Shown here: positions 9,363 to 17,179 of the stretch, piece after piece
Layout of the letters: each line of letters starts with the position of its first letter
Position numbering within the stretch: the first letter of the stretch is position 1
From: Gemmatimonadota bacterium
GTDB lineage: Bacteria > Gemmatimonadota > Gemmatimonadetes > Gemmatimonadales > GWC2-71-9
NCBI GenBank assembly: GCA_039586365.1
Contig: JBDHKN010000070.1
Span: forward strand, 1 to 24,054
Length of the DNA stretch: 24,054 nt
Reading direction: 5' to 3'
Made by a program: the position numbers and the translations under genes
Notes under the pieces: generated by a model
The model's input: only the letters and a program-made list of their open reading frames with translations
What the model was told of the DNA's origin: nothing
Databases searched by the model: none

Positions 9363-10250
9363 ATGAGCGCACGTCCAATAGCAACCGCAACGGTCTCTTT
9401 CGGCCTTGTTTCTGTGCCGGTCAAGCTCTTCTCAGCAGGCGAGTCCAGCAGGCGGATCTCGTTCAACTGGATGCACGAGCAGTGCAACACTCGGCTGAGA
9501 CAGCGCTACTACTGCCCCAAGGACGGTGAAACCGTTGAGCGGGACCAGATGGTCAAGGGATATGAATTTGCAAAAGACCAATATGTCACGTTCACACCGG
9601 ACGAACTCAAGGCTCTAGAGGAGCAGGCCACCCAATCGATTGACATTACCGAGTTCGTGCCGGCGGATCAGGTGGAGCGGATCTTCCTCGACAAGCCCTA
9701 CTATTTGGGACCTGACAAGGGTGGTGAACGGGCGTATAAATTGCTTGCTGCCGCGCTCAGGAAGACCGGCCGAGTGGCTATCGCCAAGTATGTTGCCCGC
9801 GGCAAACAGTATCTGGTGATGGTGCGTCCGATGGAAGACGGCCTGATCTTGGAACAACTGCTATATCCTGAGGAGATCCGCCCGTTCTCGGAGGTGCCGC
9901 TCGGTGACAGCGAGGTCAAGGAACAAGAACTCGAGCTCGCTGTTCAGTTGATTGAGCAAGCCACTTCCGACACGTTCCTGCCGGAAAACTATAAGGACGA
10001 GGTTCGTGAGAGAGTGTTGGCTCTGATTCAACAGAAGGTCGACGGTGAAGAGATAACCATCGCTGCAACTGAGGAGCCGCAGACCCAGATAATCGACCTG
10101 ATGGCGGCACTCAAGGCCAGCTTGACAGCGGGTAGGGGAGAGGGAGAGGGAGAGGCAAAGCGCAAGCCGGCCAAGTCGGTTGGGAGCAAGGCCAAGTCCA
10201 AGACCGGCCAGAAGAGGACCGGTCAAGCCAAACGGAAGAAAGTATCGTAA
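9363..10250 (+). CDS. ku: NHEJ DNA end-binding protein Ku
   Basis: SFGLVSVPVKLF, VKGYE, IDITEFVP, PYYLGPD, AYKLL, YKDEVRE, C-terminal IIDLMAALKASL and a Lys/Arg-rich tail. Confidence 0.97.
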   Translation: MSARPIATATVSFGLVSVPVKLFSAGESSRRISFNWMHEQCNTRLRQRYYCPKDGETVERDQMVKGYEFAKDQYVTFTPDELKALEEQATQSIDITEFVPADQVERIFLDKPYYLGPDKGGERAYKLLAAALRKTGRVAIAKYVARGKQYLVMVRPMEDGLILEQLLYPEEIRPFSEVPLGDSEVKEQELELAVQLIEQATSDTFLPENYKDEVRERVLALIQQKVDGEEITIAATEEPQTQIIDLMAALKASLTAGRGEGEGEAKRKPAKSVGSKAKSKTGQKRTGQAKRKKVS

Positions 10251-10291
10251 CCATCAACGGTGCAGAACCCGGCACAGCCGTCGGAGGGGAG

Positions 10292-11119
10292 TTGGGGACT
10301 CGCGACGTGGCCGAGATGCTGGGTTGGACGGAAACGCAAGTAAGGTCCTATGCGCGCTCAGGTCTCGTCTCTCCCGACCGCGGGCCGCGTGGAGAGTATC
10401 GGTTTTCCTTTCAGGACCTAATCGTCTTACGAACGGCCAAGAGACTACTGCAAGCACGTGTCCCACCTCGCCACGTTCGCAGTGCGTTGCTGAAGCTACG
10501 GATGCAGTTGCCACGGGGACGCTCGTTGTCCGCGGTCCGTATAGCGGTGGAAGGCTCCCAGGTCGTGGCCCGGGATGATGACACAGTGTGGAATCCGGAT
10601 TCTGGTCAAGTGCAGCTCGATTTCGCGGCATCCGGCTGGGAGACAATGGTTGCTCCAATCACGCCCCGGACCGCGGAGGAAGCCTGCTCGGTGGAGAGCA
10701 ACCTCAGTGCTGACGACTGGTACGTCACTGGTCTCGAACTGGAGTGCGCTGCGCCCCAGGAGGCGAAGCGGGCCTACGAGAGTGCCTTGGAGCTCGATCC
10801 GAACCACGCGGACGCGCACGTCAACCTGGGACGGCTGCTACATGCCGAGTGCAGGACAGCCGAGGCGGCGACGCATTATGAGCAGGCGCTAGAGTCCCAG
10901 CCGGAACATGCTACCGCTGCGTTCGATCTCGGGGTAGCGCTCGAAGATCTCGACCGCCCAAGCGACGCCATTAGAGCTTACGAACGCGCCATTCGCTCCG
11001 ATCCCCGGTACGCCGATGCCCACTACAATCTGGCCGCCCTATACGAGAAGGCTGGGAAACCAGCAGCGGCGTTGCGGCACCTGGCGAGTTACCGGAGAAT
11101 CGCCGACGCCAAAGACTAA
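10292..11119 (+). CDS. MerR-type HTH + tetratricopeptide-repeat protein
   Basis: TTG start after GGAGG. N-terminal TRDVAEMLG..QVRSYARSGLVSP.RGPRGEYRFSFQDL is a MerR winged HTH. Four C-terminal TPR units (e.g. ADAHVNLGRLL..A..HYEQAL..P; ADAHYNLAALYEK.G). Confidence 0.88.
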   Translation: MGTRDVAEMLGWTETQVRSYARSGLVSPDRGPRGEYRFSFQDLIVLRTAKRLLQARVPPRHVRSALLKLRMQLPRGRSLSAVRIAVEGSQVVARDDDTVWNPDSGQVQLDFAASGWETMVAPITPRTAEEACSVESNLSADDWYVTGLELECAAPQEAKRAYESALELDPNHADAHVNLGRLLHAECRTAEAATHYEQALESQPEHATAAFDLGVALEDLDRPSDAIRAYERAIRSDPRYADAHYNLAALYEKAGKPAAALRHLASYRRIADAKD

Positions 11120-11129
11120 CCGCTTCCAG

Positions 11130-12101
11130 CTACTTCACCACTTCGGTATCAGGCTTGAACACAGCCCAAGCGAACCAGAAGTGATTGCCGTGTTGAATTG
11201 GGGATAGTCGCTGCCCAGTCAATGGTCCCGCTACTGCCCGCCCCAGGATGGTCCAGATGCTGCCCGTTTCTCTATCCCGGAACTGGCCTGCTTCGGCTGG
11301 GTCGAATGTGAGAGTCTGGGCAGCTACGTGCCGATCGAAGACGCCGCTGGACCCCACATCTCTACCGTCGGCAATTCGCTCGCTATCGACGGCAGAGGCG
11401 GTGCCTGGAGTCCAGAGCACAACGATCTCCCGATCCCCTACCTGATCGTGCACGACCCGTTTCTCGCGCAGTGTCTCGAAAGGGTACGCCCTGGTTTGGT
11501 CGCCGAGTTCCAGCGCGACTACACGTTCCATTGCGGCCAGTCGGTTGTCAGGCTTGCGCCGCAAGAAGGCCCAGGGAGGTCTCCTTCCTGCGTACTCACC
11601 CACGATCCCTTCGCCCGTTGCCTGTTGCCACCAGGTCTCGGTTTGCCTGTCGTACATGACCATGTCAGAATGCCGCAGGTTCCCGGTGGTCCCGAAGTCT
11701 AGCACCCTCCCGTCGAAGCGCCGGTCAAAGGCCAGTGTCGTGTTACAGAGGGGGCAGAAGGTGATGGACACTGGAACGCCGCCCACGAAGTCGTTCACGA
11801 TCTCGTGCCAGATGAGGATCTGTAGCGGATACGCCTTGACCTCACCACCTATCTCGACCACTGCAACAGGCTCGTTGTCCTCCAACCAACGGCTTGCTTG
11901 GGAAACCGTGACAAAGATGGGCCGGTCGATCGCCGGAATCCCATCCTTCGGGGGACCACCGGAGAGGATTTCCTCCAGTGGTACTGTGTGTCGCGAGAAA
12001 TCCGTTCTCCAACTACCATCCTTCTGGGCAAAGGCACCGGCGGCCGGCGAGAGCACAAGAAGGACCAATGTGGTCCCGAGGGCGATTGGTCTTGAGAGCA
12101 T
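11130..12101 (-). CDS. Secreted DUF3179-domain protein (CxxC), apparently with an in-frame internal deletion
   Basis: Signal peptide, SGGPPKDGIPAIDRP, AYPLQILIWHEIVND, TFCPLCN, GNLRHSD, YDRQTETWWQQ, DRETGSIW and FWFAWAVFKP. GAGGAGG RBS. Confidence 0.88.
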   Translation of the reverse strand: MLSRPIALGTTLVLLVLSPAAGAFAQKDGSWRTDFSRHTVPLEEILSGGPPKDGIPAIDRPIFVTVSQASRWLEDNEPVAVVEIGGEVKAYPLQILIWHEIVNDFVGGVPVSITFCPLCNTTLAFDRRFDGRVLDFGTTGNLRHSDMVMYDRQTETWWQQATGEGIVGEYAGRRPPWAFLRRKPDNRLAAMERVVALELGDQTRAYPFETLREKRVVHDQVGDREIVVLWTPGTASAVDSERIADGRDVGSSGVFDRHVAAQTLTFDPAEAGQFRDRETGSIWTILGRAVAGPLTGQRLSPIQHGNHFWFAWAVFKPDTEVVK

Positions 12102-12256
12102 AACGCGCCTCCTCGTTCCTATGTTGGGAATGATCGCAGGTCGGATCTGGTTCCCCTGGTTTCCATTTCCTTGCCTTTCCCCCTCGTTTTGATGGGAGGC
12201 ACATGCTGCCAGGTCTTCCTCCTTCTCCCTGCCCCTTCTGCCTCAGCTGTCTCCTC

Positions 12257-12265
12257 TGCTATTAT
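12257..12265 (+). promoter_or_regulatory. Putative extended -10 promoter of larE (leaderless or near-leaderless)
   Basis: TG-C-TATTAT lies 8 nt upstream of ATG 12274. No SD sequence. Confidence 0.45.
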
Positions 12266-12273
12266 CCAAAACC

Positions 12274-13101
12274 ATGCTGGTTGAGAATCCGCTGGAGCGT
12301 GTGATAGCCGAATATCCGTCCGCCTTGGTTGGGTACTCGGGTGGTGTAGATTCGGCGCTCGTAGCAGTTGTGGCCCGACGAGTACTGGGCGCCGAACGAT
12401 CTGTCGCTGCCATAGGTGTCAGTCCGTCGCTATCTCGGGTCCAACACGAGCAGGCCATGAGGATTGCGGAGCGATTCCGATTGAACCTCGTGGAAGTCAG
12501 CACCGACGAACTGAATCACCCGGACTACGTTGCCAACCGGACAGACCGCTGCTATCACTGCAAGCACGAGTTGTGGACCAAGATGTCGCGCTTGGCTGCC
12601 CGGATCGGCATGGCTGTGACAATGGACGGCACGAATGCCGACGATCTCGACGACCACAGGCCCGGCAAAGCGGCAGCCAGCGAGTTCGCGATTGTGAGTC
12701 CGTTGGCGCAGGCAGGGTACCGCAAAGAGGATGTGAGGGCGGAAGCTCGGAAGCGCGGTATCCCGATATGGGATGCACCAGCGTCACCATGCCTGTCGAG
12801 CCGCGTACTATATGGGTTGACCGTGACACCGGAGCGACTGTTGCAGGTGGAGCGAGGGGAAGCGTTTCTACGGGGCATAGGTGTAGTGGGCGACCTGCGA
12901 GTGCGCCACCGGGGTGTGGAAGCGCGCATAGAGGTCGCTCCCTCGCAGTTCCCGTTGATTCGACAGCAGCAGACCGCTATCGGCGACCATTTCAGGGACC
13001 TGGGGTTCTCACGTGTAGCCTTGGACTTGGGGGGGTATCGCAGTGGTAGCCTGCTCGTGGAGAGCGAAACAGGACTGGAAATGCTTGCAGGGGACCGGTA
13101 A
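12274..13101 (+). CDS. larE: ATP-dependent sulfur transferase LarE (PP-loop)
   Basis: YSGGVDS PP-loop, NRTDRCYHCK, DGTNADDLDDHRPG, SPCLSSR, RVRH and GYRSGS. Confidence 0.92.
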   Translation: MLVENPLERVIAEYPSALVGYSGGVDSALVAVVARRVLGAERSVAAIGVSPSLSRVQHEQAMRIAERFRLNLVEVSTDELNHPDYVANRTDRCYHCKHELWTKMSRLAARIGMAVTMDGTNADDLDDHRPGKAAASEFAIVSPLAQAGYRKEDVRAEARKRGIPIWDAPASPCLSSRVLYGLTVTPERLLQVERGEAFLRGIGVVGDLRVRHRGVEARIEVAPSQFPLIRQQQTAIGDHFRDLGFSRVALDLGGYRSGSLLVESETGLEMLAGDR

Positions 13102-13107
13102 CCGTCT

Positions 13108-13671
13108 GTGCGGCTGTTTGTAGCGGTCAACCTGCCGGATGAGCTGCGCGCAGCTATTTGGCAGAGCACGTCCACCATGCGTTCCAGAGGGTTCCCCATA
13201 AGGTGGGTGGGCGCCGAATCGATTCATCTCACTCTCAAATTCCTCGGTGAGGTTGACGAGTCGCTGGAATCTCAGGTGATCGCGGCAATGGAGTCAGCAG
13301 TCATAGGAACCAGGGGGTTTGCCCTATCACTCGCAGGCTTCGGCGCGTTCCCCAACGCGCACCGGCCACGGGTAGTGTGGCTCGGATGCGAAACCGTCAC
13401 CGCCCTGGAACTAGTGCAACACCGTATTGAGGAGGAGATGAACGCGATCGGATTCCCATTAGAGGGTCGTCCGTTTCGCCCTCACTTCACCCTCGGAAGG
13501 GCTCGCAGGGAAGCCCGGGCGACGGATTGGCGCGGATTCGATGGCATCCTGCGACGGGCAGCGTTCACAGGCGTAGTAGCAGTGGAGACTATCGATCTCA
13601 TGCAGAGTGAACTGAGTCGCGCAGGTGCGCGATACAACAAGCGGTACCAGGCAGGATTGTCAGGCTCATGA
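13108..13671 (+). CDS. thpR: RNA 2',3'-cyclic phosphodiesterase (2H family)
   Basis: MRLFVAV, two HxT motifs (HLTLKFLG, PHFTLGR), GAFP..PRVVW and LMQSEL...GARY. Confidence 0.93.
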   Translation: MRLFVAVNLPDELRAAIWQSTSTMRSRGFPIRWVGAESIHLTLKFLGEVDESLESQVIAAMESAVIGTRGFALSLAGFGAFPNAHRPRVVWLGCETVTALELVQHRIEEEMNAIGFPLEGRPFRPHFTLGRARREARATDWRGFDGILRRAAFTGVVAVETIDLMQSELSRAGARYNKRYQAGLSGS

Positions 13672-14324
13672 GCGGCTGCTTCAAGAACGTGTTCGCAGGA
13701 ATCGGGTGCTTTGTTGTGGCGGTAGTGATGACGGTTGTCGCGTGGCATTATCGGGCCGATATCGCCGATCTGTATCGATCCCTGACTGACAGATCTGGTG
13801 CAGCGAGCGAAATGCCCGACTTCGCCATTGGCTACCCCTCACCTGAGGGATTACGCTCGGCAGAGCGAAAAGAGAGCTCGATAGCAGGCCAGGGTGGAGC
13901 CGAGAGAATCGTGCTCACCGCTGACGAGATGGCCTCACTGATTCAGGACAGGCTCGACTCACGGGCTAAAGCGGCGTTGGACTCGGTCAGGGTGCGAGTG
14001 GAATCCGACCGCTTCTCTCTCGAGGCGGAATTGCTGACCGACGTGTTCGGAAGCGATCTCCTGGGGCCACTCAGGGGTATAATGGACCCACGTGAGCCAA
14101 TTCGTGTGTCCGGGCGAGCGGAAGTGGTAGCGCCGGGGATCGTGGGGTGGAGAATCGACGAGTTCGTGATTGCGTCGTTTCCGTTTCCTGCGCCCGTCAT
14201 TCCGACGCTGGTCGATCGGCTCACTGGAGGCTCAGACGGAGTGATCTTGATATCGGTGCCGGCTACGGTCGGTGATCTGAGGATCCGAGCTGACGGTGTC
14301 ACTTTCTATAGGCGAGCGGACTGA
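13668..14324 (+). CDS. Hypothetical membrane-anchored protein
   Basis: ATGA overlap with thpR and TGATG overlap with the next gene. N-terminal hydrophobic helix followed by a beta-rich domain. Confidence 0.75.
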   Translation: MSGCFKNVFAGIGCFVVAVVMTVVAWHYRADIADLYRSLTDRSGAASEMPDFAIGYPSPEGLRSAERKESSIAGQGGAERIVLTADEMASLIQDRLDSRAKAALDSVRVRVESDRFSLEAELLTDVFGSDLLGPLRGIMDPREPIRVSGRAEVVAPGIVGWRIDEFVIASFPFPAPVIPTLVDRLTGGSDGVILISVPATVGDLRIRADGVTFYRRAD

Positions 14325-15682
14325 TGGCGAGAAGGGTGCTTGTAGTCGATGACGAGCGGGGTGTGCGTGAAGCGTTACGTCAGGTACTGGAATACGAGGG
14401 CATGGAGGTTCAGACGGTAACCGGAGGTGATGAGGCTCTCAAGGCCTTACCGGATTTCCATCCGCATCTGGTGCTACTCGACGTTAAGATGGCGGGGATG
14501 GATGGGCTACAAACGCTGGCGGCGATTAGAACGATAGACGAAGCACTGCCGGTAGTCATGATATCGGGGCATGGTACGATTCAAACCGCTGTGGAAGCCA
14601 CACAGCTGGGTGCATACGATTTCTTGGAGAAGCCGCTGGACACCGACCGGATACTCCTGACACTGCGAAACGCTCTCAAGACCGTTGATCTCACGTCTGA
14701 AAACGAGCGTCTTCGCGAGGTCGTGCAGGATCGCTACGAGATAGTTGGATCGAGCCGTGCCGTGAACCAGGTGCTGGAAGTCATAGAGAAGGTGGCACCA
14801 ACCCCTGCCCGAGTTTTAATAACAGGAGAGAACGGTAGTGGTAAGGAGTTGGTTGCCCGAGCGATCCACCGCCTCTCACCAAGGGCAGAGCGGCCATTTG
14901 TAGAGGTGAACTGCGCGGCGATTCCGAGTGAGCTGATCGAGAGCGAGCTGTTTGGCCACATGAAGGGCTCGTTCACTGGCGCGTTCGCAGATAGGACCGG
15001 CAAATTCGAGCAGGCCGACGGAGGAACGCTCTTTCTGGACGAGGTGGGAGACATGAGCGCCGCCGCACAAGCAAAGGTGCTGCGGGCGCTCGAGGAAGGT
15101 GTGGTGACGCGCATTGGTGCCGCCAAGCAGATCAAAGTGGACGTTCGGGTGATAGCCGCGACCAACAAGTCGCTGGAAGCCGAGATCGCGGCCGGGAGAT
15201 TCAGAGAGGACCTTTACTACCGCATTAACGTCGTCCCCGTCGAGGTGCCACCGCTGCGAAGTCGCCGCGATGACATCCCCGCCCTGGTTGAGAAGTTCAG
15301 CCAGGACATAGCGACCACGTTCGGCTTCAAGGCCAAGAAGTTTGACGCGGGAGCGCTAGAGGCGATGGCTGCCAAAGATTGGCCCGGCAATGTGCGTGAG
15401 CTACGCAATGCCGTTGAACGGCTGCTCATATTGACCTCGGGTGACACGATCGGAGCGAACGACGTCGCACGGCTGGGAGGTGTGACACAGGATACCACCG
15501 TCGGCGAGTTAATGCTGTGTGAGACTTTTGACGACTTCAAGCAGGAAGCTGAACGAGCATTCCTGCGTGGCAAGTTGGCCGAAAACGGCTGGAATGTCAG
15601 TGAGACGGCTCGCAAGCTCGCGATGCCGCGCAGCAATCTGTACAAGAAGATCGAGAGGTACGGTCTCGAGCGGACTGCCTGA
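14324..15682 (+). CDS. NtrC/NtrX-family response regulator (REC - AAA+ - Fis HTH)
   Basis: VVDDE, LLDVKM (phospho-Asp), SGHG, FLEKP, Walker A GENGSGKE, ESELFGH.KGSFTGA, Walker B LFLDE, WPGNVREL and RSNLYKK. Confidence 0.94.
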   Translation: MARRVLVVDDERGVREALRQVLEYEGMEVQTVTGGDEALKALPDFHPHLVLLDVKMAGMDGLQTLAAIRTIDEALPVVMISGHGTIQTAVEATQLGAYDFLEKPLDTDRILLTLRNALKTVDLTSENERLREVVQDRYEIVGSSRAVNQVLEVIEKVAPTPARVLITGENGSGKELVARAIHRLSPRAERPFVEVNCAAIPSELIESELFGHMKGSFTGAFADRTGKFEQADGGTLFLDEVGDMSAAAQAKVLRALEEGVVTRIGAAKQIKVDVRVIAATNKSLEAEIAAGRFREDLYYRINVVPVEVPPLRSRRDDIPALVEKFSQDIATTFGFKAKKFDAGALEAMAAKDWPGNVRELRNAVERLLILTSGDTIGANDVARLGGVTQDTTVGELMLCETFDDFKQEAERAFLRGKLAENGWNVSETARKLAMPRSNLYKKIERYGLERTA

Positions 15683-15683
15683 C

Positions 15684-15699
15684 GGATCTCCACAGATCC
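15684..15699 (+). terminator. Small hairpin immediately after the response-regulator stop
   Basis: ggatct-ccac-agatcc followed by tacagttt (weak U-tract). Confidence 0.3.
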
Positions 15700-15811
15700 T
15701 ACAGTTTCAGTGTTGGGGTGAGGGTGATTGGGGTGGTCGAGTTCGTGATTATGGTTCCCTACGCGTGAATCTGATACCCACCAACTGGGCAGTGTGTGCT
15801 ACTGTCTTGCC

Positions 15812-16060
15812 ATGTCAAGGAGATCTTCCATTGCGGTCATCCTGAGTACGGGGGGAGCGCAACTCGACGTGAAGGCACTCGGCGATCTACCCAAAGCACG
15901 AGTGGTGCGAGCAGAGTTCGCAGGCGGCGATCGGGCAGCGTGCGTGGCAGCGACACTGGAACACGAGTGTTCCACGTCCGACCTCGTGGCGGTGCTACGG
16001 CCTTGGGCTCGGTGTCGTGGCTGGTCTGTAACAGTTGCGTCATTGACCAGACCTGACTAA
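15812..16060 (+). CDS. Small hypothetical protein (82 aa), probably leaderless
   Basis: ATG 15812 lies 6 nt after an extended -10 TG-C-TACTGT (15797-15805). The protein has a plausible alternating strand/helix pattern (IAVILST..VVRAEF..CVAATL..DLVAVLRPWARCRGWSVTV). Confidence 0.5.
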   Translation: MSRRSSIAVILSTGGAQLDVKALGDLPKARVVRAEFAGGDRAACVAATLEHECSTSDLVAVLRPWARCRGWSVTVASLTRPD

Positions 16061-16321
16061 CGTAAAGTGCAGTCGGAGATTGGAGAGCGCGACGCGCACT
16101 CGAAACTGCGTCTCTGTGACCAAGCTGATACTCTCGCGGCTAGACGCCGACTGCAACGTCACCTGGCGTGTCGGGCATCGATTGGGTGCCGATCCCCCAT
16201 TCTCCCTTTCCCAATACACAAAATCGCACCGCACGTACGTAAATGGCGATCTCAGATCGCAAACGTCTGGCGGCGGCCGTTGGGGCTGGGGTCACTAGGT
16301 TTCCGCAGAGGGAGATGACGA

Positions 16322-17179
16322 ATGGCACTCGCTTCGGTCAAGAGGATTTCATCAGACGACGGTTCTCTCGATCAGTACCTGCGTGAAATCAGCCAGTATC
16401 CGCTGATTGGTCGCGAGGATGAGGTTGACCTCGCTGGCCGGATCAGAGACGGATGCCAGCTGTCACTCGACAAGCTAGTTCGCAGCAACCTTCGATTCGT
16501 CGTGTCGGTGGCGAAGAAGTATCAAAACCAAGGGGTCAGCCTGGCTGACCTGATCAATGAAGGCAACCTTGGGCTCATTCGGGCAGCTCACAAGTTCGAT
16601 GAGACAAAGGGCATCAAGTTCATCTCCTACGCAGTATGGTGGATCAGGCAGGCCATTCTGCAGGCTCTTGCTGAGCAAAGTCGCATAGTCCGCGTGCCGC
16701 TCAACCGAGCGGGTACGTTGCATCGCATCGGTAGACGATCCTCAACGCTGCTACAGGAACTCGGTCGGGAGCCCACGGTGGAAGAAATCGCCGAGGGCAT
16801 GGACATCACGCAAGAAGAAGTGGCCAAGACCCTGTCCATTTCTCAGAGCCATCTCTCACTCGACGCGCCGCTCACTCCTGGTGAAGACAACAAACTCCTC
16901 GATTACATTCCGGACACTCAGAATCCCGGGCCGGATGACCAGACGTTCGAGCGTGCTCTGTCGGAGTCGATCGACGAGGTTCTCGAAACACTCAAGGAAC
17001 GGGAAGCGAAGATCCTGCGCTTGTATTTCGGTCTCGAGGGAAAGGAACCCATGACCCTCGAGGAAATCGGTGGAATGATGGGTATCACCCGTGAGCGTGT
17101 CCGACAGATCAAGGAGAAGGCCCTGGCCCGTCTGCGTCACGTGAGCCGGGCGAGGGCGCTAGAGAGTTTTCTGGCCTGA
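16322..17179 (+). CDS. RNA polymerase sigma-70 factor, RpoD/SigA family (short, no region 1.1)
   Basis: Region 1.2 SLDQYLREISQYPLI; region 2 NLRFVVSVAKKY, DLINEGNLGLIRA, KFISYAVWWIRQAI; region 3 LGREPT, SLDAP; region 4 TLEEIG..GITRERVRQI. GGAG RBS. Confidence 0.95.
   Translation: MALASVKRISSDDGSLDQYLREISQYPLIGREDEVDLAGRIRDGCQLSLDKLVRSNLRFVVSVAKKYQNQGVSLADLINEGNLGLIRAAHKFDETKGIKFISYAVWWIRQAILQALAEQSRIVRVPLNRAGTLHRIGRRSSTLLQELGREPTVEEIAEGMDITQEEVAKTLSISQSHLSLDAPLTPGEDNKLLDYIPDTQNPGPDDQTFERALSESIDEVLETLKEREAKILRLYFGLEGKEPMTLEEIGGMMGITRERVRQIKEKALARLRHVSRARALESFLA

Noticed and set aside
11744..11760. Possible selenocysteine in the DUF3179 CxxC motif
   Set aside because: Both codons are ordinary Cys (TGC, TGT) and the ORF has no in-frame TGA.
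15714..15736. G-rich tract as a G-quadruplex
   Set aside because: It has only three runs of 3 or more G, and it can instead pair with the C-rich tract at 15776-15785.
16244..16260. Sigma-54 -24/-12 promoter (TGGC...GC) upstream of the sigma gene
   Set aside because: The GG to GC spacing is 12 nt rather than the required 10.
16067..16321. 83-aa ORF in frame with the sigma gene and separated from it by one TGA (possible read-through or selenocysteine extension)
   Set aside because: The sigma ATG has its own GGAG RBS, the upstream peptide does not resemble the acidic region 1.1, and no SECIS-like stem is evident.
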